Assembly: GCA_043814605.1 (NCBI GenBank)
Contig: JBDRJV010000022.1
Span: 149,305-213,304, forward strand
Direction of reading: 5' to 3'
From: Candidatus Omnitrophota bacterium
GTDB taxonomy: Bacteria > Omnitrophota > Gorgyraeia > B26-G9
DNA length: 64,000 bases
The notes under the pieces were generated by a model. That model did not search any database. It was not told the DNA's origin and saw nothing but the letters and a program-made list of their open reading frames with translations. Below, in pieces: positions 52,462-63,100 of the stretch. Positions within the stretch are counted from its first letter, which is position 1. Every line of letters starts with the position of its first letter. The translations under genes and the position numbers were made by a program.

Positions 52462-54644
52462 TCTTTCATTTTTAAAACATAACGGTTTAATCTGCTGCGT
52501 TCAGAATTGGGTAAATCTAAAAAACAAACACCAATATCATAATTTCTGTTTGCCACCAGTTCATTACATCGGATCACCCGGGCTAAACATTCAATATTCT
52601 TTTCGCCTTCTTTTAATTCAATAACTAAATCAATAATTACCCCTTTATTTAAGCTTTCAGACGCACTAAAAAAAACACCTCCGGCGCTGATATTTTTCAA
52701 TACTCCGATCATTTCCGGTTCATATTCTGCATTTTTCTGCCCTTGTTGCTTTTGCTTAAAAAATTTAAACCGGATATAAGAATCATCTTCGCTCCGGTCA
52801 TAAATACGCCGGTCAGCTTTATTCGGGGATTTAATTTTATTTTTATCGATAGTTAATTTTACTTTTTTTAAATTTTCATTATTCTTAATTTCCTGCTGAA
52901 CCACATCCTCCCTCTGAACCATATCCTGTAAATCATCGGATTGGGTAACACGTAAGATTTCTTCTGTCGTTGTTATCCCTTCTAAAACTTTTAACCACCC
53001 GCTTTGGCGTAAAGTCCGCATCCCTGAAGTAATCGCAACTTTTTTAATTTGATCGCTTGCCGCTTTGCGAGATGTTAATTCTTTAATTTGTTCGCTCATC
53101 GTTAATATCTCATGAATTGCGGTGCGTCCATAAAACCCGGTATTATTACACGCCGGACAACCTTTCCCTTTATAAATTTTAATTTCCTGGGGAGCATTTA
53201 AACCTAATTCCTTTGTGATCTGTTCTTTTAAGGTAAGCGATACGTCTTTATCTTCCTGCCGGCATTTCGGACAAATCACTCTGACTAAACGCTGGGCAAT
53301 AAAAACATCTACGCTTGATGCCACAAGATAAGGTTCAAGTCCAATATCAATTAACCGGGTAATACCACTAGCTGCATCATTGGTGTGTAAAGTAGAAAAC
53401 ACTAGGTGCCCGGTTAAAGCTACACGGATTGCGATATCGGCAGTTTCCCGATCGCGTACTTCTCCGACCATCATCACATCCGGATCATGCCGCAGCATAC
53501 TGCGTAATCCCCGGGCAAAACTTAACCCAAATTCTGAAGCGATTTGAATTTGCGTTATGCCTTCAAGTTCATATTCTATCGGATCTTCAATCGTGATAAT
53601 TTTACGTTCACTCGTATTAATCGAAGATAAACACGCATAAAGTGTGGTGGTTTTTCCGCTACCTGTGGGTCCAGTCAGAAATATAATACCATGCGGCTTA
53701 TTGATTAGTTCCTTAAAAAATTTAAGTTCATCCGGAGCAAGCCCTAATTTATCCAAGTTAAAAAGCATAACCATAGGCAGAAGCCTAATCACCACGCTTT
53801 CTCCGTGCGGTGTTGGGATAAAGGAAACCCTTAAGTCTAAATTTTCATCCTGAATCTTTACAATTGCCCTTCCATCCTGCGGTATACGCCGCTCGACAAT
53901 ATTTAAATTTGCCATTAACTTTATCCGGGAAAGCACGGGTATTAAAAAATTTTTCATTTCCCCGGATACATTAGCATCATAAAGGATCCCGTCGATTCGA
54001 TAACGTAATCTGAGTTTTTTACGGTAAGGTTCAATATGAATATCCGTAGCTCTTTTTTTATACGCCTCTAAAATTATTTGGTTAACTAATTGAATTATTG
54101 AGATTTGGTCACTTGATTCTTCCAGATCATCGACTTTTGCTTCTTTTTCTGCCTGGGTATGGCTCTGGTAGGTTTTCTGAGCAATAATTTTATCAACTGT
54201 ATCTGCGCCCCATCCGTAATACTTATTAAGCATTTCCAAAACTTGATGTTCACAACTTAAAACAATTTTGACATCATAGCCTAAATGTGTTCTTATTTCA
54301 TCCTGTATTTTAATATCCAAGGGATAGGCAACCGCAACGGTTAAAATCCTATTTTCCAGAAAAAGCGGCATAAACTTAAAATAAGAAGCAATTTTTACCG
54401 GAATTCTCTGAATTAAAGTTACATCAACTACAATATCTGTAATATCTAAATATTTAATATGAAATTCCTTTGCCAAAAATTCCAGCAGTTCTTTTTCAGA
54501 AAGTTTACTTTCCTTGGCAACTAAAGGAATCGGTGAAACCTGTTTGGTGTAAGCAATATCAAAAAAATCCTGGATTTTTTTCTCATCCAATTTCTTTTTA
54601 TTTTTCAAAAGTCCGATAATTCTGGTATCAGTTTTTTTATCCAT
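52458..54644 (-). CDS. gspE: GspE/PilB-family secretion ATPase with a C-terminal PilZ domain.
   Basis: An N-terminal GSPII_E domain is followed by the Walker A motif [10 protein letters not shown] and a zinc motif (CPKC...CPAC). After that, about 120 C-terminal residues carry RRIYDR and NISAGG. This domain is paralogous to the downstream standalone PilZ protein. Confidence 0.85.
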   Translation of the reverse strand: MDKKTDTRIIGLLKNKKKLDEKKIQDFFDIAYTKQVSPIPLVAKESKLSEKELLEFLAKEFHIKYLDITDIVVDVTLIQRIPVKIASYFKFMPLFLENRILTVAVAYPLDIKIQDEIRTHLGYDVKIVLSCEHQVLEMLNKYYGWGADTVDKIIAQKTYQSHTQAEKEAKVDDLEESSDQISIIQLVNQIILEAYKKRATDIHIEPYRKKLRLRYRIDGILYDANVSGEMKNFLIPVLSRIKLMANLNIVERRIPQDGRAIVKIQDENLDLRVSFIPTPHGESVVIRLLPMVMLFNLDKLGLAPDELKFFKELINKPHGIIFLTGPTGSGKTTTLYACLSSINTSERKIITIEDPIEYELEGITQIQIASEFGLSFARGLRSMLRHDPDVMMVGEVRDRETADIAIRVALTGHLVFSTLHTNDAASGITRLIDIGLEPYLVASSVDVFIAQRLVRVICPKCRQEDKDVSLTLKEQITKELGLNAPQEIKIYKGKGCPACNNTGFYGRTAIHEILTMSEQIKELTSRKAASDQIKKVAITSGMRTLRQSGWLKVLEGITTTEEILRVTQSDDLQDMVQREDVVQQEIKNNENLKKVKLTIDKNKIKSPNKADRRIYDRSEDDSYIRFKFFKQKQQGQKNAEYEPEMIGVLKNISAGGVFFSASESLNKGVIIDLVIELKEGEKNIECLARVIRCNELVANRNYDIGVCFLDLPNSERSRLNRYVLKMKE

Positions 54645-54702
54645 AGTAATTTTATAACAAATAGTTATTGCAATAGTTACGTTAACTTAATCATTGAATC
54701 TT

Positions 54703-54731
54703 ATTATCACATTGATACATTCTTTTGTCAA
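54703..54731 (-). promoter_or_regulatory. Sigma70-like promoter for the gspE-PilZ gene: TTGACA, a 17-nt spacer, then an extended -10 (TGT)GATAAT.
   Basis: The minus-strand sequence reads TTGACAAAAGAATGTATCAATGTGATAAT. It lies about 50 nt upstream of the start codon at 54644. Confidence 0.5.
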
Positions 54732-54773
54732 CGTTTCCCCTTGCTTCCAGCAGTTAAAATTTTAAACTTCTAT

Positions 54774-54794
54774 TCGCTAAACGCTAAGCGCTAA
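54774..54794. repeat. Three tandem heptamers (TCGCTAA ACGCTAA GCGCTAA) just downstream of the atpD stop.
   Basis: Seen directly. On the minus strand the sequence reads TTAGCGC TTAGCGT TTAGCGA. Confidence 0.75.
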
Positions 54795-54802
54795 TTGCTG
54801 CT

Positions 54803-56209
54803 TTATCGTATCGCCCCAATCATATAAAATATATTTTCATTTTTATCGTCAAATTCACCGCTAATAATCCTCTGACAGCTGTTTAAAGTATCTTCCAGTA
54901 ATACATATTCACCCTGGCGGCCGGTGTAGGATTCCGCGACAAAAAAAGGCTGTGTTAGAAAAAACTGTAATTTACGTGCTCTTTCATAGATTACCCGGTC
55001 ATTGGCAGCAAGTTCATCAATTCCGATAACCAAAACAATTTTACGTAATTCTTCATACCTTTGAAAAATTTTTAAAACTTTTTGTGCGATATCAAAATGT
55101 TTTTCTCCGATGATATTGGGATCAAGATTAGCACAACTAGACAGTAATGGATCAACTGCAGGATAAAGACCCAGTTGGACTTTTTCCCGGGAAAGAACAA
55201 TGACAGAATCCAAGAAACTGAATATTGCCACTACCGCCGGATCAGTTAAATCATCCGCTGGAACATAAACCGCTTCCATCGAAGTAATGGAACCGCCAGT
55301 TTCACCGGTTGAACGAATACGTTCATGAAATTCACTGGCTTCTGAAATTAATGTCGGCTGATAACCTGTTTCTGAAGGGACCCGGCCCAAAAGAGTAGAG
55401 ATTTCCTGTCCTGCCTGTAAAAACCGGAAGATATTATCCACAAATAAAAGCACATCTTTATTCTGTTTTTGAATATTCTCCGCTAAGGTCATCCCAGTCA
55501 TGGCCACCTCATAACGCGCTCCCGGCGGTTCGTTCATCTGACCAAAAACAATTTTCATTTTTGATAAAATATCATGACGGGAAAGCTCATGATAAAGCTC
55601 ATTCCCCTCACGCACACGTTCTCCGACTCCGGCAAACACACAATTACCTTTATGTCTTTTTACAATATGCTGAATAATTTCCAGGGTCAAAACACTTTTA
55701 CCCATCGCCGCTCCGCCTAAGATTCCATTTTTACTTCCTTTTATTAAAGGAAATAAAAGATCAAAGATCTTAATCCCGGTTTCCATAAATTCTGTGCTTT
55801 TTTTATCATTATTTTTACGCCTAATCTGCGTACCTTTTGACGGAATCCGGATAGCTTTAGTTTCTGTAGCTTTAATCGGCCCTTTTTGATCAATCGGCTC
55901 ACCTAAAACATTAATTAATCTTGTATACATTTCATCCCCAACTGGTATTTCAATTCCCCCGCCAGTTGCAAATCCAGCAGCATCTCTTTGCAAATTATGT
56001 GTAGAATTAATCGAAATACACCGTGCAATATTTCCCGGTAAATGTTCGGCAACCTCCAAAGTCACTTTTAACTCATCTACCGTGAATGTCTGGATAATAT
56101 CATAAACATTGGGCACATCTGCTTGTAATTCAAATTTAACATCCACAACCGGCCCTTGGACGGCAATCACCCGTCCTACCCCGCCTCTTTTTTTTCGATC
56201 AGTTTTCAT
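54803..56209 (-). CDS. atpD: F-type ATPase beta subunit, divergent.
   Basis: Strong F1-beta similarity throughout, including VGERVREGNELYHE, GQMNEPPGAR, DNIFRFLQAGQEISTLLGRVPSETGYQPTL and VYVPADDLTDPA. The P-loop reads GGAAMGKSV, whereas the canonical motif is GGAGVGKTV. Confidence 0.9.
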   Translation of the reverse strand: MKTDRKKRGGVGRVIAVQGPVVDVKFELQADVPNVYDIIQTFTVDELKVTLEVAEHLPGNIARCISINSTHNLQRDAAGFATGGGIEIPVGDEMYTRLINVLGEPIDQKGPIKATETKAIRIPSKGTQIRRKNNDKKSTEFMETGIKIFDLLFPLIKGSKNGILGGAAMGKSVLTLEIIQHIVKRHKGNCVFAGVGERVREGNELYHELSRHDILSKMKIVFGQMNEPPGARYEVAMTGMTLAENIQKQNKDVLLFVDNIFRFLQAGQEISTLLGRVPSETGYQPTLISEASEFHERIRSTGETGGSITSMEAVYVPADDLTDPAVVAIFSFLDSVIVLSREKVQLGLYPAVDPLLSSCANLDPNIIGEKHFDIAQKVLKIFQRYEELRKIVLVIGIDELAANDRVIYERARKLQFFLTQPFFVAESYTGRQGEYVLLEDTLNSCQRIISGEFDDKNENIFYMIGAIR

Positions 56210-57062
56210 TTAATGACCTCGCCGCATATAATTCTCTCATATTTTGATCAATGATTTCATGCCTGGCCCGAAAATACTGGTGCCTTAATTTTAAATCCAT
56301 TTCTTTTATTCTCTCTGAACAATTTTCTAAATGCATGAACCGTGCGGATTGTTCGGCTAAACGGCTTAAACCAAAAATTTCAAAAATCTTTTGTCCGATC
56401 CACAAAAAAATTAAATATTCAATAAGCTGTACTGGTTCGGACTCATAAATTATTTCAGACAAAAAACTTTTATCCGCTTTTTCCTCAATATTTTCCTCCA
56501 AAGCAGCCGGAATAAGCTGAATAACTTCAATCCGTTGTGCAGTAAACGAAACAGCCCGGGGATAAACTATTTTTACTTTACCAAATTTTCCTTCTAAAAC
56601 ATTATTTACTAAATAATCCCTGATTGTTAAAGATTGATTTAATCTTTGTTCATCCGTAATCCCCGGAAAATTCGCATATGCCATTTTCCGGTCATTTAAA
56701 TAAAGCTGTCCGCGTTTACCTACAATAATTAATTTGTCTCCTTTTTCTGGTTCTAATAAAGACATTGCCCGTATTATAACTTGCGCATTTAATCCGCCTA
56801 ATAATCCTGCATCTGTAGTTACGGCAACAAATCCTGTTGCCTTATTTTTACTATTAATAAAAGGATGGTTAATATCAGTGATGCTTTCGCTGTAAAACCA
56901 TTTAAATATCCCCGCCACTGCATTTAAATAAACACTGTAATTTTTTATTTTTTTGTCTAAAATCTGATATTGCGCCGCAGCAATCAATTTAAGCACCTCG
57001 ATTAAAGACGCTAATGATTTATAAAATTCTACATCACTTTTAAGCTGCGCAACAGGAATCAT
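56199..57062 (-). CDS. atpG: F-type ATPase gamma subunit.
   Basis: 287 aa. The N-terminal and C-terminal helices are gamma-like, with the C-terminal region reading ...ARFMHLENCSERIKEMDLKLRHQYFRARHEIIDQNMRELYAA. It lies between alpha and beta. Confidence 0.8.
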   Translation of the reverse strand: MIPVAQLKSDVEFYKSLASLIEVLKLIAAAQYQILDKKIKNYSVYLNAVAGIFKWFYSESITDINHPFINSKNKATGFVAVTTDAGLLGGLNAQVIIRAMSLLEPEKGDKLIIVGKRGQLYLNDRKMAYANFPGITDEQRLNQSLTIRDYLVNNVLEGKFGKVKIVYPRAVSFTAQRIEVIQLIPAALEENIEEKADKSFLSEIIYESEPVQLIEYLIFLWIGQKIFEIFGLSRLAEQSARFMHLENCSERIKEMDLKLRHQYFRARHEIIDQNMRELYAARSLNEN

Positions 57063-57065
57063 TTA

Positions 57066-58598
57066 TTAACCCTCTTTTAATGAGCTTGAATAAAACTGTA
57101 TTGATTCTTCCAGATTAGCAATGCTCTCATCAATAATAATTTTACTTCTGCGTATTTCTTGCGGTAAAGCGGGAAACCACTCGCATATTTTTTTATAAAA
57201 ATCAGTTTTGAAATACTTTCTTTCATCATAGGTTAAATCATCTAAAATTCCCCGGTTTAAAGCGTACATGTCAATAATTTGATGTTCCATAGAAACCGGG
57301 CGGTCTTTTTCCTGGATAAATAATTCGGTAATTACTTCTCCCCGGCGTAATTTTTTCTCTGCATCTTTAGACAAATCCGTAGTTCTTAACTGTGTCATTT
57401 GTACAAGTTCTTTATATTGCAAAAATTCTAGACGCAAAGTCTGGCTTGAACCTTTCATTGCCGGCCACTGTGCCCGGTTTCCGATACGGGAAACTGAAAG
57501 CCCGACATCAATCGCCGGGCGCTGTCCTTTATTAAATAAAGCTGTGCTGAAATAAATTTGTCCATCAGTCATGGAAACAAGGTTAGTCGGAATATACCCT
57601 GTAACATCGCCTTGCAATGTTTCCACAATCGGTAAAAACGTCATTGCCCCGCCGCCCAGTTCTTTATTTAATTGTGCAGCTCTTTCCATAAGCTGTGAAT
57701 GCAGATAAAAAATATCTCCGGGATATGCTTCTCTTCCCGGAGCGCGGTTAAATAATAAACAAATTTGGCGGTAAACCCAAGCATGCCTAGTTAAATCATC
57801 AAAAACAACCAGTACATCTTTGCCCTGCCTCATAAAATATTCACCTAACATTGCCGCAGAATACGGCGCTAAATACTGTTCTCCTACTGAAGTCGAAGCT
57901 ACCCCGCTAACAATAATTGAATAATCCATTACGCCTTTCTCATAAAAAAGATCAATCGTCCTGAGTAAACTAGAATAAGTTTTACCGATACAGCAATAAA
58001 TGCAAATAATACCTTTATCTTTTTGATTAATCATTGCATCTGTAACTACTGTAGTTTTCCCGGTTTGTCTGTCTCCGACAAGTAATTGACGCTGCCCCCA
58101 GGCTAAAGGCATTAAAGTATCGATAATTCGGGTGCCTGATTCCAGGGTTCTTTCTACCGTAGACCGGTCCATAACACCTGGGGCATCTTTAAAAACCGGA
58201 TACATTTCATCACTCTCAATAGGGCCTTTCCCGTCAACAGGTTCACATAAGGCATTTACTATCCTGCCCACAAATTTATCCCCGACTGGCTGAAACAAAG
58301 CTTTAGCTTTACTATAAACTTTATCTCCGGCTCTTATTTGCGCTTTTGGTCCAAGCATAAGAATTTGCACGTCCTTTTCCGTAAACCCCATAACTATTCC
58401 CCTTAGCCCACTATCAAATTCCACTATTTGACCATTAACACAGGAAGGCATATTTTCGGCGAGCACAACAAATTCTCTTACTGATTTGACCACCCCAATT
58501 TCTTTAATATCAAATTGAATAACTCCTGGGTTATTGTTTTTCTTGGGCGAGAGACTCACGCACAACCTCCGTAATCTTAGAAGTAAAACTACCGTCAA
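57066..58598 (-). CDS. atpA: F-type ATPase alpha subunit.
   Basis: The Walker A motif GDRQTGKTTV and alpha-type conserved blocks are present. The track's start overlaps the b-delta gene by 68 nt, so the real start is probably further downstream and the N-terminus is uncertain. Confidence 0.88.
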   Translation of the reverse strand: MTVVLLLRLRRLCVSLSPKKNNNPGVIQFDIKEIGVVKSVREFVVLAENMPSCVNGQIVEFDSGLRGIVMGFTEKDVQILMLGPKAQIRAGDKVYSKAKALFQPVGDKFVGRIVNALCEPVDGKGPIESDEMYPVFKDAPGVMDRSTVERTLESGTRIIDTLMPLAWGQRQLLVGDRQTGKTTVVTDAMINQKDKGIICIYCCIGKTYSSLLRTIDLFYEKGVMDYSIIVSGVASTSVGEQYLAPYSAAMLGEYFMRQGKDVLVVFDDLTRHAWVYRQICLLFNRAPGREAYPGDIFYLHSQLMERAAQLNKELGGGAMTFLPIVETLQGDVTGYIPTNLVSMTDGQIYFSTALFNKGQRPAIDVGLSVSRIGNRAQWPAMKGSSQTLRLEFLQYKELVQMTQLRTTDLSKDAEKKLRRGEVITELFIQEKDRPVSMEHQIIDMYALNRGILDDLTYDERKYFKTDFYKKICEWFPALPQEIRRSKIIIDESIANLEESIQFYSSSLKEG

Positions 58599-59265
58599 AA
58601 ATCAAATTTCCTACGGTAATTACCATCCCCGCAATTAAATCATCTTTGACTGTTTCCTTAATTTTTATATCAATCTCTAAACTCTCTTTGAATTTTTTCT
58701 CAATCTCTTGTTTTTGTTTTTTATTTAAAGCAAACGCCGTAAAAACTTCTATTTCTTTAATTTTATCCGGAATTCTTAACCGGCTCAAATCACTTAATCC
58801 GTCAGAAATTAAGGCTTCAATCCACTCTTGATGCATGATTTTACGGATTTCTTCGGAAATAACTCTACAAATCAAATCACTGGAACGTTTAATTGCTTCC
58901 TTATCAATTTGCTCCTGCAACTGGGATCTTATATTTTCACAGGTTTTTTGAGCACGATCAAGTAAATCTTCGCTTTCTTTATGCGCCGCATCGATAATTT
59001 TATCCCGTTCGGCTTCAGTTTCTTTTACTGCTTTTTCTTTTAAATCCGCTGCTTCCCGCTTTGCTTTTCGTATCATATCCTGATATTGCTCTTCTGACTC
59101 TTCCAATTTTTTCTTTATTTCCTCTTGTTTTTCACTGTTGTCTTGAATCATTCCCTGTAAATGAGAAGTAGCATTAGTCACATTACTTTTAAGAAAATAC
59201 CGTAAAAAGAAGGCAAGTCCTGCAAAAATTATTACCTGTAAAAGAATTATACTGATTATAAACAT
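58531..59265 (-). CDS. atpF: F-type ATPase peripheral-stalk protein, apparently a fusion of the b and delta (OSCP-like) subunits.
   Basis: One N-terminal transmembrane helix is followed by a long charged coiled-coil, as in subunit b. The C-terminus ends ...DDLIAGMVITVGNLIFDGSFTSKI, which resembles the C-terminus of delta subunits. No separate delta gene is present. Confidence 0.55.
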   Translation of the reverse strand: MFIISIILLQVIIFAGLAFFLRYFLKSNVTNATSHLQGMIQDNSEKQEEIKKKLEESEEQYQDMIRKAKREAADLKEKAVKETEAERDKIIDAAHKESEDLLDRAQKTCENIRSQLQEQIDKEAIKRSSDLICRVISEEIRKIMHQEWIEALISDGLSDLSRLRIPDKIKEIEVFTAFALNKKQKQEIEKKFKESLEIDIKIKETVKDDLIAGMVITVGNLIFDGSFTSKITEVVRESLAQEKQ

Positions 59266-59449
59266 TTTTTTTCCTTTTCCTTAATCTCGAACCCGTTATG
59301 GGTAAGAGATATTTATTAGTCTCACCACAGTTTACTGCGTGATATTCACTGGGTGGATAAATTAACTTCCTTGTTAAAAATTTTTGTTCTTTTTTTTAAA
59401 TTCTTATTAACTATTTTTTTAGTTAAATATTAAAAAAATAATACCTGTT

Positions 59450-59668
59450 TTACGCTGTCATAAATAACTGATAAACAATCAGCATTGCCACAATTGCCAG
59501 GGCCTCGGCAAAAATTAATGTTATGGTCATAGCTGTAAAAATTTTTGGTGCAGCCGACGGATTTCTGCCTAAAGCATTAATACTGGCAAATGCCGCAACT
59601 GCCATCACCCCAGTCGGGCCTAAAATACACAAACTAAACACCAATAATAAAATAATTTGTCGTGCCAC
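59450..59668 (-). CDS. atpE: F-type ATPase c subunit (proteolipid).
   Basis: 72-aa two-helix hairpin. It has a polar loop (GRNPSAA) and a carboxylate in helix 2 (IFAEALAIV). Confidence 0.85.
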   Translation of the reverse strand: MARQIILLLVFSLCILGPTGVMAVAAFASINALGRNPSAAPKIFTAMTITLIFAEALAIVAMLIVYQLFMTA

Positions 59669-59706
59669 AATCCCTCCAAAAAATTAGCCCATTACTAATC
59701 GTCAAC

Positions 59707-59970
59707 TTATATTTGATCTGCCTTTTTGCTTTCCTTTTCAATAATTATCATTACCCGATTATTACCAACCTGGGCAACTCCTCTATATATAGGAAACAAC
59801 TCCTCATCAATAATAATTGTCCCGGAAATTAAACGGCTTAAAAGTTGTTTATGAAACGGTAAGACTTCAAAAACCCCACTTTCCCCTGGTAAAATAACCC
59901 GATTAGCCCGGCCTTGCCAAACTGTTTTTTCCGGGCTTAACACAGTAACATCCAATATTTTATCTGCCAT
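59707..59970 (-). CDS. atpC: F-type ATPase epsilon subunit, with only the N-terminal beta-sandwich domain.
   Basis: 87 aa (MADKILDVTVLSPEKTVWQG...VLPFHKQLLSRL...), which matches the epsilon N-terminal domain. The C-terminal helices are missing. Unusually, it is the first gene of the cluster. Confidence 0.7.
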   Translation of the reverse strand: MADKILDVTVLSPEKTVWQGRANRVILPGESGVFEVLPFHKQLLSRLISGTIIIDEELFPIYRGVAQVGNNRVMIIIEKESKKADQI

Positions 59971-60100
59971 ACAATTTCAGCCATGAAATTGAGTTTATAA
60001 GTTAAAGTGCATAAGTGTGCAGAATATTATTCGTACACACTTATACACTTATATACTCACAAACTAACTCCTGTCTGCCTCCCTGCATTTTATTTTATCT

Positions 60101-63100
60101 TTATTCCTTTTTTTCTTTTTTAATCTTCACCTGTTCTTCTTCCGGAAAAGAGAATTGTTTTGCTTTAGCAATATCATATCCTAATTTAGCCTTGCGATGC
60201 CAGGTAAAGAAGAATACCCCGGCTAAGAGACCAATAAACAGAATTATCGTCAGAATAATTTTCCAAGTCATTGCCCGGGTTAATGCTCCGATTTCATCCG
60301 GTTTTTCAATAATCAATTTTTCCATATCTGTTAATTCTGTTTTTAAAGACTCAACTGTCTTGATATTTACCCGATACGCGCCAATATGCTGCGCCCGGCT
60401 TAAGCTAATATCATTCTGATTCTTTAAAATATTATCTACTGTCAGGTAAACTTTCTCCGCAAGAATAGTGGCGACTTTTTCCTGCTCTGTGCCTTCCATA
60501 ATGCTGACTAGTTTAGTTGCCCGTTTTTTCATCACATCTAAAGCTGTCTGAGGAATACTCCAAATATCTTCAATCTCTACCTTAAAAACACGAATTTCTT
60601 TTGGAGCTAAATCAATATTTTGTTTATACACATAATATATTGATTTATCGGCATCAAATTCAAGCTCTAACCCGCCTAAATCCATAACATCTTTTGGGGT
60701 TACTTCCTGCGGCAGATATACTTTTACCTGAGTAGTCTGCGGTTTAACCTCTGACGGATTAGCCGCAATCACATTAACAATCAAACTTCCGGTTGATAAT
60801 GAAGTGGAAACCACTGGCTCATCTTCCATACCCCCGAGTTTATGCTGCAAAAGCTGCTGAATAAAGTTTACCATTGTTTTAATATTTTCTGATTTCTTCT
60901 TCAACTCTAAGATTGTCGGAGACTTGCCCAATGCTTCCTCAACTATAGACGAAATATCATAACCCTGGTCACCGGCTAATTCCGTTAAGCGTTCTGCCAT
61001 TTCATTTAAGGAATCCGCCAGTTTTCCGCTTGGCCCTTCATCTCTTAAAACCCGCGGTAAATCATCAATAGATTCTTGCAAACTAACCAAAGCACCTCCG
61101 ACATCTCCACCTTTGGCTAAGGTTTTTCTTAATTCTTCAACCATTTCCAGGGTATCATCAACAACAGATTTTACCTGCGGTACGCTGGAAGCTAACCCTT
61201 CAATAGAAGTGAGTGTTGTTGATTCAACCATAACTGAACCCGCCTGGAGGTTTCCGGTTGTATGTTCAGTTACTACAATGGAGAATGCTTTACCCGGCAT
61301 AAATTGTTTTCCATCTACAAAGATGTCATATCCGTAGAGTCCTCTGGTAATTACAGATTCAATTAATGGTACGCCGTTAAACACTTTTGTCCCGTCGTAG
61401 GTTGTAACTTCCATAAGCGGCATTAACCCTGAAGCAATACGGTAACGAACTTCAACTGTCCCGCCGATTAATACAGAATCAGGAATAATTAATTCCCCGG
61501 ACTGGCGTTTAGCAATTGTTTCCAGTTCTTGTCCAGCTTGTGTTGCCTGATCCGCACCCGCTTGCAGCTGCTCAATAACCTCTTCGCTTCTTTCCTCAAA
61601 ACTGGATAAGGTTTGATCTACTGATTCCTGCATTTGTGTCGTTTTTGTATCAATAATTGTAATCTGTTCATCCATTTTTGTTTCAATCAATTCTTTTTGA
61701 TCAGCTAATCCTGTATCAATTTTATTTGCTACCAAAGTCTGGAATGTCGGCAAAGTCGAATCACGCATTTCTTCAACTGCATCCTGCGTATCACGCATTT
61801 GTCTTGATTCTGTAATACTAAATGATGTCGGAGTTCTAAATTGCGCACCCGATGCGTTGATAATGATTGTCACTGCGGTATAAACTACGCCATCTTCCAA
61901 TCCTGTGGGAGCATTCCAAACCAGGTTAAAAAATCCTTCTTCATTCGGGCTGGTTGATGTTAAAGTTTTAATTTGTGCACCAGTATCATTATAAATCTTA
62001 ATCTCTACACTTTCTGCACCAGAAACAGCAAAACCGTCTCGTTCCAGCCATGAACTTGCTTTTAACTGATCATTATTGGAATCATAGGTGAATTCAGCAT
62101 AAGCACGCCAGATATGGATAACTGTTGTTTCCATAAAAATAGTATCTAATGTTTTATCCGTATTACATTCAAAACTAAACTGCTTATCTCCGTAACCTAC
62201 TTTAGACCAGACAGCCGTCCAGAATCCGTAAGGTAATTCCACAGTTACCGGTGATCCTAAGTCCGCTCCTGGGTTATTCGGCATAGTAGCAGCAGCCCAA
62301 ATATCCCCTAAGTTAGAAGTTGCATCAACAGCTAATGCCCCAAGATCTTCATTGGTTAATAAATCACGGATTGTCCAGGTAATCGAGTAGTAATCAATTG
62401 TAAAATCAGCATCTGAATCATCATATACAGAAATATCTCGATTATCAAAAATGCGTACCCGAACACTTGTTGAACGGTCATCCGGAACACTCCAGGCATA
62501 AGAATTAGTGTTGCTTAAAGATAAGGTTATTACATTAACATTGGAAACAAAATTATCTTTTGAATATTGTAACTGAACATCGGGAATTGTTCCGGTTGTG
62601 GTCCAGGTAATATTTCTTGATTCGCGGGTAATCCAGCGTTCTGCGCCATTGGGGCTGGTAATCACTAAGTTGCCGCGAATTGTAAAATCACTATTAGAAA
62701 TATCATAAACAGTATCATCATTTGGATCTTCTACTTTTACCCGAGCAGTTAAGCTAATATTGTTAGGAATTGTCCAGGTATAACTGTATGTTCCGCCGGC
62801 ACCGCTGCCATTAGGGGCACTAGAAGTAATCACATTTGAAAAACTCACGCCGCTATTTATTGAGTAACTTATTTTTGCTAAAGGTAATGTTCCCCCCCAA
62901 GTCCAGCTAATATTATGTACTGAACCCACAATCCACGCTTCTGCACCATTGGGAGAATTAACTGTAAAGAATCCTTGAATACGGAAATCAGCATCAGAAT
63001 CATCATATACTGTTGCATCAGCAGCATCTAAAACTCTTACGCGTGCTTTTGCCGTGGCTGTATCCGGGACAGTCCAGGCATAGGTATTAGTATTTAGTGT

